Position numbers and translations under genes: made by a program. A stretch of 48,246 bases of DNA from Candidatus Dojkabacteria bacterium (GTDB lineage: Archaea; Nanobdellota; Nanobdellia; Pacearchaeales; GW2011-AR1): NCBI GenBank assembly GCA_017610445.1, contig JAFCCB010000001.1, forward strand, positions 1 to 48,246, read 5' to 3'. Shown piece after piece: positions 25,424 through 34,826 of this stretch. The number at the start of each line of letters is the position of its first letter. Within the stretch, counting starts at the first letter, position 1. The notes under the pieces are model-generated. The model ran no database searches and had not been told where the DNA came from. It saw only the letters and a list, made by a program, of their open reading frames with translations.

Positions 25424-27709
25424 TTATATCTTCTTTCCTTTAATCTGCTTTTTCAGCCATTTCTGCCACAAAGAAAAAACTCTGTCTCCAACAGGCAAAC
25501 CAATCTCTTCCTGGACCTGCTGAGAAAACTGATGAAACATATTATTATTCAAGGCATTAAATTTAGACTCTAAAATTTTGGGCATCTTAGTTTTTTCAGC
25601 AACATCAACAATCTCCTGTTTTATTTTAGCTCTCAATAAAATATTATCATAAACAGCATCCCAATTCCCAGCCCACCCCTTCACCCCCCCAGCAATCGCC
25701 TTAATAATTTCTGAATCTCCATTAATCAGCTCATCACTTGGCTCTAACTCATCTTTCTTAACATTGTATTTCAGCAAATCAACAAAACCTTTCTCTTCTT
25801 CAGGGTCTTTAGTCCAGTGCTTTCTAACTTCTGCTAATTGAATAACTCTTTTCATACTGCTCATTCCATCAGGCGTCTTAACAGGATTAGCAATAATAAT
25901 ACAATCAGTCGCCTTAAAAGAAGTAACAGGAACCCCTAAATCATTAACAACTCTGTCAAAAACACCATAAGGGCTTGCACCATGAATTGTTCCTGCAACA
26001 ACATTTGCTAATGCCCCAACCCTCATTGCTTCATAAAGTGCTTTTGCTTCTAAACTTCTAACCTCACCAACAATCAAGCAAGAATCCCCTAATCTCAGCG
26101 AAGTTCTAATCCCTTCATCAGCGCCTATCTCATTGCTTGTTTTTAATAGAGCACTTCTTACTTTCATTCCAAGAATATCATATTTTAGTTTTCTTAATGA
26201 ATCTATTGGAAGTTCTCTTGTATCCTCCAAGACAATTACCCTATATTTTGGCATTATCTCTAACATTAAACTGCCTAAAACTGATGTTTTTCCACTTGAC
26301 CTGGTCCCTGCCACAAGAATAGTTCTCGCACCATCAACTAAAAAACTCATTAAACCAGCAGAAAAACTATTCATCATTTTATTTTTAACAAATAAAGGCA
26401 AGGTCCATGGCTCTTCTCTATGCCTCCTGATTGCATAAGCAAGCCCATTAGGAGAAAGTGGTTGTTGAATAACTGCAATTCTTGCTTTAATCTTTCCTAA
26501 ACCTAAATCAGTATCCAAAATAGGATTTGCCTCATCTAAAGGCCGTCCAGAAATCATTCTAAATTTTGCAGCCCATGAATCAGCATCTTCTTTGCTCGGA
26601 ATAATATTTGTAGAACACTCTCCAAACTTACTATGTTTAAGATAAACAGGATTAAGTGAAATCGGAGCATTCAAAACAATATCCTGCAGATTCCTGTCTT
26701 GAAGCAAAACTTCAATCAAACCAAAACCAATTGTATGCCTTACTAAAATTGCACTTAATTTATTCAGTTCATCATAATCTAATTTAACTCCTTTGCTCTC
26801 ACTTAACTCCCTGACTAAATCTCTTGAAATATTAAAAAAAACCTGCCTTGTTTTTTCAGGGTCTGTAAATTCCTCTGCTTTCGGCTGATGCTCAATCAAA
26901 ACATTTCTTGCCAAATTTAAAAGATTCTGCTTGCCCTCATCTAAAGAATATTCAGAAGGCATTAAATGATAAATATATTTTGTATCCTCAGGTTTTTTCA
27001 AAATTGTAACAACAGACTTATCATAACCCTCTCCAATCTCATACTGTTCAATAATCTCCGCCCCCTCAGGCAGACTTGCTGCTAGTCGTGTAAAAGTAAA
27101 ATTAGGAATTATATCTGCTCTAAAAAAATGATAATAAATATCCCTATCACCAAAAGAATAATCCTTAAAAAATTTCTTAGCTTCTTTAATCAGTTTTGTG
27201 CTCTCTAAAAGAGAATAAAACTTCTCTAACATTCTAACATAACTCGCCTGGTCAAACCTAACTTCATCAGGAGTATTTCCCAAATTCACTTTCTCTGCAT
27301 CTAAAAATCTCTGCAGTTCAAAATAACAGGCAACAGGATCTCTCTTCAAAGTCATTAAAAGATAACTAATATCATTGTATCTCTGCGACAAATACTGCGA
27401 ATTAGAAATAGACAATTTTAAAGGTGAAAGAATTTTCTCCTGCTTTGTCAAAAAAACATAAAGATTTGCAATCTCCTGTAATAAAAAAACTTGAGAAAAA
27501 TCATAATTGTAATTTCTCTGCTGAACAAAAACAATCCGAGATATATTCGGAGCCCCAATTAGCAAATCAATTGTTCGGTTCATCACCTCTCTGTTTTCAG
27601 CAAGATTAGGAACAAAAGTAGCACCTAAATAATTGACATACATAACCTGATTTTCTGCTTCTCTGACTATCTCATATGCATAAAGTTGCGTCCCTGGTTT
27701 AAATAACAT
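25424..27709 (-). CDS. Type II/IV secretion or pilus assembly ATPase (TadA/FlaI/VirB11 family); likely start MLFKPG at 27709
   Basis: Walker A GTRSSGKT, LEDTREL, LRLGDSCLIVGEVR, GTIHG. Confidence 0.92.
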   Translation of the reverse strand: MLFKPGTQLYAYEIVREAENQVMYVNYLGATFVPNLAENREVMNRTIDLLIGAPNISRIVFVQQRNYNYDFSQVFLLQEIANLYVFLTKQEKILSPLKLSISNSQYLSQRYNDISYLLMTLKRDPVACYFELQRFLDAEKVNLGNTPDEVRFDQASYVRMLEKFYSLLESTKLIKEAKKFFKDYSFGDRDIYYHFFRADIIPNFTFTRLAASLPEGAEIIEQYEIGEGYDKSVVTILKKPEDTKYIYHLMPSEYSLDEGKQNLLNLARNVLIEHQPKAEEFTDPEKTRQVFFNISRDLVRELSESKGVKLDYDELNKLSAILVRHTIGFGLIEVLLQDRNLQDIVLNAPISLNPVYLKHSKFGECSTNIIPSKEDADSWAAKFRMISGRPLDEANPILDTDLGLGKIKARIAVIQQPLSPNGLAYAIRRHREEPWTLPLFVKNKMMNSFSAGLMSFLVDGARTILVAGTRSSGKTSVLGSLMLEIMPKYRVIVLEDTRELPIDSLRKLKYDILGMKVRSALLKTSNEIGADEGIRTSLRLGDSCLIVGEVRSLEAKALYEAMRVGALANVVAGTIHGASPYGVFDRVVNDLGVPVTSFKATDCIIIANPVKTPDGMSSMKRVIQLAEVRKHWTKDPEEEKGFVDLLKYNVKKDELEPSDELINGDSEIIKAIAGGVKGWAGNWDAVYDNILLRAKIKQEIVDVAEKTKMPKILESKFNALNNNMFHQFSQQVQEEIGLPVGDRVFSLWQKWLKKQIKGKKI

Positions 27710-27786
27710 CTTCCCCTTTTCACCTATAACTAACAAAACATCACCATATTAAAAGTTAATTGTGATTTAAATATTAAAAAATCAAT

Positions 27787-28119
27787 CTACATAATCCTGC
27801 TCGTAATATGAACTGTAGCTTCTTCTTGCTTATATCTTTGACGCAAACGTTCATGCCCCCCCAATAACTCGAAGTCAAAAGTTTTTATAAGTTCATGCTT
27901 CCCAAATTCTGTTGAGTAAACCTTAGAGAAAGGTTGCAGAACCTCTTGGTGATGTTGTGCTATACTTTCTGGAATTCCAATAATAATATCATCTTTCCCT
28001 AGTTCCTGTTCAAGTTTCTCTAGTGCTTTTCTTTTTACACCATCAAAGCCTTTTCTTCCTTTTCTGTTAACTACATAATATCTATATTTTTGTTTAGTTT
28101 GTTTTCCCATATTCATCAA
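27787..28119 (-). CDS. Hypothetical protein
   Basis: 110-aa ORF abutting the upstream ORF. Confidence 0.55.
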   Translation of the reverse strand: MMNMGKQTKQKYRYYVVNRKGRKGFDGVKRKALEKLEQELGKDDIIIGIPESIAQHHQEVLQPFSKVYSTEFGKHELIKTFDFELLGGHERLRQRYKQEEATVHITSRIM

Positions 28120-28521
28120 TCAAGAACTCTCTTTCCTTTTTATTGTTAGGGTTGAATAAGTTAATTGTTCTAATCTACTCTCAATCCAATTTGCTCTTTC
28201 TATATATTTTTCTGCACTATCTTTGAATTTTTTTATATAAAGTTTTACAGTTTCTGCCTTAAAAGGAATCAAATCAGTACGATGAAGAAATTTTGAATTT
28301 TGATTCACCCATACTTTTCTTTTCTTTATCTTGTCTCCTAAAAAATCAAATACATCAAAATAATAAGAATTGCCATAACAATCAGTTTTCTTCATTACTA
28401 AAGGATTTTGAATAAAAATATTTTTGGGAGGAATTCCATAATCTAAATTCCCTGCTTGTTGATAAAACCCAACTTTCAAAGGTTCTCCATTAAAATCCCT
28501 TGCTATTATTTTTTCTTCCAT
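28120..28521 (-). CDS. Hypothetical protein
   Basis: 133-aa ORF. Confidence 0.6.
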   Translation of the reverse strand: MEEKIIARDFNGEPLKVGFYQQAGNLDYGIPPKNIFIQNPLVMKKTDCYGNSYYFDVFDFLGDKIKKRKVWVNQNSKFLHRTDLIPFKAETVKLYIKKFKDSAEKYIERANWIESRLEQLTYSTLTIKRKESS

Positions 28522-28618
28522 CTTTACCTATCATCAGAACTCTCCTTCCCTTTTTAGGTAATTATCCCTATAATTAACCGTTTATAAACTTTATCAAACA
28601 CACGGCTATGTGTAATTC

Positions 28619-29584
28619 TTAAACCATCCCTTTAGAAATTATTTTCCATTCATACTTCGCTCTATTAAGAACATTAATATTATGATTAATCCATCTTAAA
28701 GTTTCTTCATTTGTTCTAGCAGATTTTAGTTTAGAATAAACTTTATCTCCATGTAGCATCTTTTTCATTTGATTAGATGTTTCAACATTGCTTCTTTTGT
28801 GATAATGTTTATTATATTCTTCAAGGTTATCTTTTGATTCTTGATTCATCTCTTTCCAAGAAGGAATTCCGCTTTGCTTTCCGTTCCAACTCTTCTTGCA
28901 TTTGAAGTAAGGTTTAGCCCCTACTTCTAAAACCTTTTCACAATTTGCTTTAGCCCAATACATTCCATCTCCACTCCATTCATCAATCTGAAAATTCCTT
29001 GCTGTTTTATTAATATGTTCTCTGAAAATTCCTTGCTGTTTTATTAATATGTTCTCTAAAAATAATATTATCTTTACCCTTTTTATTTCTACATTAAGAG
29101 CAGTTACTATTTTGCTCTTAACACTAATTGAAGTATGAACTGTTAAATGATCTCTCTTTCTTATTCTTTTATTAATTCTCAAGCTATACCAAGTTGAGAA
29201 TAACTTAGTCCTTATTCCAGTTGAGTCTGTAGCAAAATCTTTCTCGATAATTGCTAATGGTTTAGAACTCTCTTCTATCAACAAATCAAGAACTTCTTGA
29301 AGGGAGTTGTCTCCTCTATAATTACATAATGTTTTGAAGCAGGGAATTTTAACACTTATGAGTTTTGTTTTTTTGAAGAGTTTTAATAAATTTCTGGCTC
29401 TTCTTACAGATAAGTTTGGAAATTTATGCCACACTAAAAGGCAAGTTATAATTCTTCTCATCCTTTTAGTTTTACAAACTTTAAATTCGAGATATTTGAC
29501 AAAGTCAAGGAAGTTTAAGAACCCATTATCTTAAACTTTGTTATATGGTGCCTCATCTCTAAGATACCTCTTTTTCTTTTTCAT
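28619..29584 (-). pseudogene. DDE transposase pseudogene
   Basis: ATDSTG, SGDGMY, YHKRSNVET motifs; premature TAA at 29531-29533 (RDEAPYNKV*DN); 34-bp tandem duplication at 28989-29056. Confidence 0.85.
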
Positions 29585-29672
29585 AACTATTTATGGTGCC
29601 CATAATGGTTATGTTTTTCTATATTTGATTATACTATATAAGAACACCATAAAACTTATATAATATGGTGCC
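29544..29672. promoter_or_regulatory. Repeated TATGGTGCC boxes around the divergent promoter inside the IS
   Basis: TATGGTGCC at 29544, 29592 and 29664; inverted CACCATA at 29645. Confidence 0.6.
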
Positions 29673-29711
29673 TAAGAATACATTTATAGAATAAATAGTC
29701 TTGTAAACACT

Positions 29712-29861
29712 ATGGCATTCATTAGAAAAAAGAAGATTGGAAGTAAAATCTATTATTATGTTGTTGAGAATAAGTTAATTAAAGGGAGAGTAATGCAAAA
29801 GGTCTTGTATTACATAGGGACTGCAGAAACATTACTTAAAAAATTAAAGATTAAACACTAA
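29712..29861 (+). CDS. 49-aa basic protein inside the IS, resembling the IS1634-type transposase N-terminal domain (not in ORF track)
   Basis: MAFIRKKKIGSKIYYYVVENKLIKGRVMQKVLYYIGTAETLLKKLKIKH*; stop is 4 nt from the right TIR. Confidence 0.72.
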   Translation: MAFIRKKKIGSKIYYYVVENKLIKGRVMQKVLYYIGTAETLLKKLKIKH

Positions 29862-29974
29862 TCTTTTACACATAGCCTAAACACTCTAATAAATAAAATA
29901 ATATCCTTATTAAAATTATGTATGCAACGCAACAATTTTAAACCCTTCTTCCTTAATATTTTAAAAGAGATAAA

Positions 29975-30358
29975 ATGGACATTCAACCCCAGCCCCAAGA
30001 TTCCATAAACGCGCTTTTATCTGAATTCAGCACTCGATTAAATGAAGTGGAAGAAAAACAAAGATTAATCAAAGACCGGCTTTTATTAATTGGAGAAAAT
30101 TTAATTTCAACTAAAGAAGATTTTCTAAAACAGGATTTTGAAACAAAAAAACATTTAAAAAAAATAGATTTTGAAACCCACTCTCTAAAACAACTCTTAG
30201 CAAGAATAATTAATGAACTGCCAAACTTTGCAAAAAAACCAGAATTAGAAATCCTGCAAAGACAGATGAAAATGTTCCAGCCATTAGAATTTGCAAGAAT
30301 CAAAGATGTTCAGGATATTATAAAAAAAGAAATCAAAAAGCAAAATTTAAAACCATAA
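29975..30358 (+). CDS. Coiled-coil hypothetical protein
   Basis: Heptad pattern LNEVEEKQRLIKDRLLL. Confidence 0.75.
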   Translation: MDIQPQPQDSINALLSEFSTRLNEVEEKQRLIKDRLLLIGENLISTKEDFLKQDFETKKHLKKIDFETHSLKQLLARIINELPNFAKKPELEILQRQMKMFQPLEFARIKDVQDIIKKEIKKQNLKP

Positions 30359-30374
30359 AAAACTAAATAAAAAG

Positions 30375-31160
30375 ATGGCAATTTTAGAAAAAATAATGCA
30401 GTTAAAACAGCAAGGACAAACAGAATCTCAAATTGCAGATTCATTAAAACAAGAGGGGGTTTCACCTAAAGAAATTAATGAAGCATTATCCCAGTCAAAA
30501 ATTAAATCTACATTAAATGAACAAAACACAATAATGCAGCCGCCACAAATGCCTCCTGTAACTTCTGAAATTCAGCAACCTCCAATTCAAGAAGCACAAA
30601 TGCAACCAAGCATAATGCAGCAGCAACCTGCACAAGCTTTTCCACAGCAACCTCAACAAACACAGGAAATTCCCCCTTCTTTCCAGCCCTCTCAAATGCC
30701 TGTCCAAGAAATTCAGGAAACACAAGAACCACCCCAATATCAAGAATATCAGCCACAAGAAACCGCAGATATTGAAACAATAAATGAAATCGCAGAACAG
30801 ATTGTGGATGAAAAAACAAATGGACTAAAAAAACAAATCTCTTCTTTCACAAAATTTAAACAAGAACTAACATTAGAAATTGAAAAAATAAACCAGAGAT
30901 TATCAAAAACAGAAGATGCATTAAATCAACTGCAGACAGCAATCATAGGAAAAGTTGGAGAATATGGAAAAGACATTAAAAACATAGCAGAAGAAATGCA
31001 CACAACCCAAGATTCTTTTTCTAAAATTCTTAATCCTTTAACCGACAACATACGAGAACTTCAAAAAATAACAGGGACCCAAAAAAAACCTTCAAGACCA
31101 AAGCCAAAAACAGAAAAATCTAAAAAACAAAAACCAAATTTTGAAGATTATCTAAGATAA
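30375..31160 (+). CDS. Protein with N-terminal helical domain, Gln/Pro-rich linker and coiled coil
   Basis: Composition and heptad repeats; 16 nt after the previous gene. Confidence 0.8.
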   Translation: MAILEKIMQLKQQGQTESQIADSLKQEGVSPKEINEALSQSKIKSTLNEQNTIMQPPQMPPVTSEIQQPPIQEAQMQPSIMQQQPAQAFPQQPQQTQEIPPSFQPSQMPVQEIQETQEPPQYQEYQPQETADIETINEIAEQIVDEKTNGLKKQISSFTKFKQELTLEIEKINQRLSKTEDALNQLQTAIIGKVGEYGKDIKNIAEEMHTTQDSFSKILNPLTDNIRELQKITGTQKKPSRPKPKTEKSKKQKPNFEDYLR

Positions 31161-31196
31161 ATCAATAATTACTTCTGACAAAGTATATAATTCTAA

Positions 31197-31622
31197 TCAA
31201 TTATCATAAACAATTAATCCAGGATTTAATCTTTTTTTATTTTCTCTAAAAGATTTTTCATAAGGGGTGAATTTTTCATTTGGATCAGGCATAGAAGGAA
31301 TTATAATTATAGGAGGATTACGAGGAATAATACGAACTTCTCTTGTATCACGAGTCCCATCAGAATTTGAATCATAGAAAGTTATTATTGCCGTGCCTCT
31401 TTCTCCACCTCGGGTAATCTGCAGCATATTTTCTTTACCTATTGGGTTAATAGTATAATAATCATTTGACCTGATAATATAATTTCCTTTATTATCTTTC
31501 CCAATTATCTCTTTTATCTCAGTAGAAAGATTGTTTATTTTTACTGACTCTTCATGTGTAATGCTTATTTTTTGACAACCAAAAATATTAACACAACTAA
31601 ACAATTCCAGCCAAACCAGCAA
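31197..31622 (-). CDS. Hypothetical protein, start uncertain
   Basis: 141-aa ORF with DSNSDG loop. Confidence 0.5.
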   Translation of the reverse strand: MLVWLELFSCVNIFGCQKISITHEESVKINNLSTEIKEIIGKDNKGNYIIRSNDYYTINPIGKENMLQITRGGERGTAIITFYDSNSDGTRDTREVRIIPRNPPIIIIPSMPDPNEKFTPYEKSFRENKKRLNPGLIVYDN

Positions 31623-31897
31623 TCACTTTTTTCATATAATATAAAAATAAAAAGATTTAATAAAGATTGTTATATTTTAAAATATCTATCCTTTAAATTA
31701 TTAAGTTCTATTGATGAGTTGATTTAGTACATAAACTCCCCTTCCAAGCATAACATCTTTATGAAATCTCAATATCTTACAAAAATTAAAAGTATGCAAA
31801 AGAGTTTGCTTAAGTTACTCAATCTCAAAGTTTAATCACCTCATCTTCCAAACTAATATTTTAATAAGTTATAAATACAAAAAAATTTATAAGAAAT

Positions 31898-32404
31898 TTA
31901 TTTCTTTGTAACAACCCAAGCAACAATCCCTGCAATCACCAACAGCAAAATACTTCCAACAACCCCTCCACTTGCATATCCTCTTAATTGCTCAATCATG
32001 CTTGTCCCCTGTCCAGAAGTAATCACCAAATCAGGATGAAAAACAGGATTAAAAACTTTCACAGCAGCAATTAAAAAAATAACAATCAAAACACCAACAA
32101 CAATCCAGGCAAATGTAGGAGTCATCATTTTATCCAAACTTTTAGTTGACAAACCAGCAATCAATAGCACTAAAAAAACAACAACAGCTAAAACAACAAA
32201 CCACGGCAAGATTGTCTGAACATACAACTCCAAAGAAGAAAAACTCATAAAAATAATCGCAACAATAAAACTAATTAAAGAAAGAACAAATTGATTTTCT
32301 CCAAGAACTTTTGTTTTAAAAAGCAAAGCATAAACAACTACAAAAACAAAAAGAAAACTAAATATAGGCATAAAAAAATTCAATCCAGATATATCAAGTG
32401 CCAT
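31898..32404 (-). CDS. Multi-TM membrane protein, paralog 3
   Basis: PIFSFLFVFVVVYALLFKTKVLGEN motif. Confidence 0.8.
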   Translation of the reverse strand: MALDISGLNFFMPIFSFLFVFVVVYALLFKTKVLGENQFVLSLISFIVAIIFMSFSSLELYVQTILPWFVVLAVVVFLVLLIAGLSTKSLDKMMTPTFAWIVVGVLIVIFLIAAVKVFNPVFHPDLVITSGQGTSMIEQLRGYASGGVVGSILLLVIAGIVAWVVTKK

Positions 32405-32415
32405 TTTTCATAATT

Positions 32416-32925
32416 TTAATGATGAATAGTTGTCCCACTATCATCCTTATTTTTAGTCCCAAGAATAATCCCAGTAATTATTCCTCCAATAACTACTACA
32501 AGAATAATCCAAGGAACCCAATCTTCTCCAACATATCCTCCAAACCAACTAAAATCCCAAACAGTATAAAGCATTACAACAATAAATATCAAAGCACCTA
32601 TTCCAAAAAAAATCCATTTGCTTGTATCCCCCCCATCAGTTAATATCCCCATTAAAATTAAAGCAACTAATAAAACAGCAATTCCAATTCCAGCATAAGG
32701 AAATATTGTTGCAAAAAAATTCGCAACATAATCAAACTGCAAAGCTAATAAACCAACAGCCAATGCAATAGTTGCATGCACTGCTTTATTCTTGCCTAAA
32801 ATCTTACTCTCACTTAAAATTCCATAAACTAATGCAAAAATCATTAAAAAAGGAAGTATATAAGCAAAAACACCTATGTCAGCCCAAGTATTCAAAATAT
32901 TTGTAACAGTATTTGCATAAACCAT
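32416..32925 (-). CDS. Multi-TM membrane protein, paralog 2
   Basis: YILPFLMIFALVYGILSESKILGKN motif. Confidence 0.8.
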   Translation of the reverse strand: MVYANTVTNILNTWADIGVFAYILPFLMIFALVYGILSESKILGKNKAVHATIALAVGLLALQFDYVANFFATIFPYAGIGIAVLLVALILMGILTDGGDTSKWIFFGIGALIFIVVMLYTVWDFSWFGGYVGEDWVPWIILVVVIGGIITGIILGTKNKDDSGTTIHH

Positions 32926-33006
32926 TTTTATTTAAGTTTTTATCTCTCTAAATTTTAATCTCCTTACTATATTATCTCAACTCTTTTTTAATTTATATAT
33001 GTTTCG

Positions 33007-33507
33007 TTAAGTTTTTTCTTTTTCTTCTCCTTTAAGAACAGAAATAATTGCTCCAACCATCACCCCAATCAATAAAATATTAATCCAAATCTGCCCTGCT
33101 CCTTCACCTCCAAACATCAAATCATAAACAGCATCCCAATATCCTGAAATAAATAAAATAGCAGTTACAAGCGCCAACCCAATAATAATCCCTAAAGTAA
33201 TTTTCAAACCATTACTTAAAATCTCTTCATTCTTTTTTCTTCCCATAAAACCATACAATAGCATAAAAACAAATAAAACCACCGCAACCACTACTAAAAA
33301 AGGCATTAACTGAACAACAATATTTCTTGCAAAAGGAAAAGCAATTAAAATTATCCCAATAACCAAACCCATAATTGCATTAATTTGTTTCTTGCCCTCG
33401 CCAAGTAACTGTGTCTTTTCTAAAATTGCAAAAATTAAAGTAAACACTAATACAAATGGCAAAATATAATCTATGAAAAATGCAGAAACAAAAATTGGAG
33501 CAGTCAT
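33007..33507 (-). CDS. Multi-TM membrane protein, paralog 1
   Basis: YILPFVLVFTLIFAILEKTQLLGEG motif. Confidence 0.8.
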   Translation of the reverse strand: MTAPIFVSAFFIDYILPFVLVFTLIFAILEKTQLLGEGKKQINAIMGLVIGIILIAFPFARNIVVQLMPFLVVVAVVLFVFMLLYGFMGRKKNEEILSNGLKITLGIIIGLALVTAILFISGYWDAVYDLMFGGEGAGQIWINILLIGVMVGAIISVLKGEEKEKT

Positions 33508-33508
33508 T

Positions 33509-33835
33509 TTATACTATGGTGACTTCTGCAGTTTCGTCAGAACTTTCACTTCCAGATAAATCCACTGTCTCCTCAATAGTTTCATCACCTTCTTCTAAAG
33601 GAAGATTTGCTCTGCTCACAAGCACAACATCCCCAACAGCTTTCACAAACTGATGTGGAATTATCACCCCTCTTGCACCTCCAAGAAAATTCCCCATTGA
33701 ATTAGCAACCCTAATTCTCCAAGAATCAATTTTATTTTCAATCAAATTAGCCTCTTCAATCTCCCCAAAATAATCTCCTGTATCTGTATAAACCTTTCTG
33801 CCAATTGTCTCACTTACTTTTTTTATTTTTAACAT
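33509..33835 (-). CDS. PRC-barrel protein (CdpB-like) with acidic tail; likely start MLKIKK at 33835
   Basis: IGRKVYTDTGDYFGEIEE...IIPHQFVKAVGDVVLV. Confidence 0.85.
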   Translation of the reverse strand: MLKIKKVSETIGRKVYTDTGDYFGEIEEANLIENKIDSWRIRVANSMGNFLGGARGVIIPHQFVKAVGDVVLVSRANLPLEEGDETIEETVDLSGSESSDETAEVTIV

Positions 33836-34138
33836 ATATAACAAAATCAAATTTCATTTAAATACTTTTCTGTAACAGAAAAGTATACTTAAAGAATATC
33901 ATAATGTTATTAAAATTCAAGTTTTCATATTAATAACCCCAAAAATTAAAGATTCTTATATCCATGGTTTTTCAAAAACAAAGCTTGAGCTACCAAAATT
34001 TACCCTAATATTTTATAAAATTATTAAATATAAATATCTAATCAAAATATACCCTTGTTCTACTAAAGATTAAGTTTTTATTTAAGAGAATTAATAACAT
34101 AACATTAACTTTATATAAATAAAATTCTTAATTAAAAG

Positions 34139-34762
34139 ATGTTTAACAAAAAAGAAATTGCCTGGATAATCATCGCAGTTTTAATTGCAGGATTTATAAT
34201 TGAAATCTCACAGGAATTAAAACTTTCATTAATTGGATTTCTCTGGGCAGCAATAATAATTCTTACAAGTGTTTTCGCAAAAAAAATAAGCTCAGGTCTT
34301 TACAATATAAAAATAGAACACAAAATCTGGGAGTTCAAACAATTGTGGTGGACTAAAAGAGCTCATTTCAAAAAACCATTTCCAATAGGATTAATCCTTC
34401 CTTTCTTTCTTTCAATACTTTCATTAGGATTAATAAAACCATTTTCTCTTCTTCAATTTGACGCACAAAATCTTTCAAAAAAACGTGCATTAAAAAGAAC
34501 AGGTTCTAATAGATACACAGAAATAAATGAATCAGATATTGCATTCACATCTGCCTGGGGATTTTGGGCATTGATATTATTAGCAATAATTGCATCATTA
34601 CTCAAACAGCCAGAATTAATGAAATATTCAATTTATTATGGAATCTGGAATCTCGTTCCAATCAGCCAACTCGACGGTGCAAAACTTTTCTTCGGAAGTT
34701 TTATCAATTGGATAATTCTTGCAATAATTTATGCAGTTTCATTAATTATTATTTTGATTTAA
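34139..34762 (+). CDS. Site-2 protease (M50)-like membrane protein lacking HExxH
   Basis: NLVPISQLDGAKL motif present; TSVFAK at the position expected for HExxH. Confidence 0.7.
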   Translation: MFNKKEIAWIIIAVLIAGFIIEISQELKLSLIGFLWAAIIILTSVFAKKISSGLYNIKIEHKIWEFKQLWWTKRAHFKKPFPIGLILPFFLSILSLGLIKPFSLLQFDAQNLSKKRALKRTGSNRYTEINESDIAFTSAWGFWALILLAIIASLLKQPELMKYSIYYGIWNLVPISQLDGAKLFFGSFINWIILAIIYAVSLIIILI

Positions 34763-34826
34763 TCTTTCTTCATAACCTAAATCTTAATAAGATATTAATA
34801 AGTATAATATCAAAGGAGAATCAAAA

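Larger units (their letters stand above)
28604..29877. mobile_element. 1274-bp insertion sequence (IS5/ISNCY-like DDE), decayed
   Basis: Perfect 12-bp TIR GGCTATGTGTAA/TTACACATAGCC; degenerate 9-bp flanks CAAACACAC/TAAACACTC. Confidence 0.88.

Noticed and set aside
30530..30760. CAA/CAG-rich repeats
   Set aside because: Explained by the Gln/Pro-rich linker; no exact DNA periodicity.
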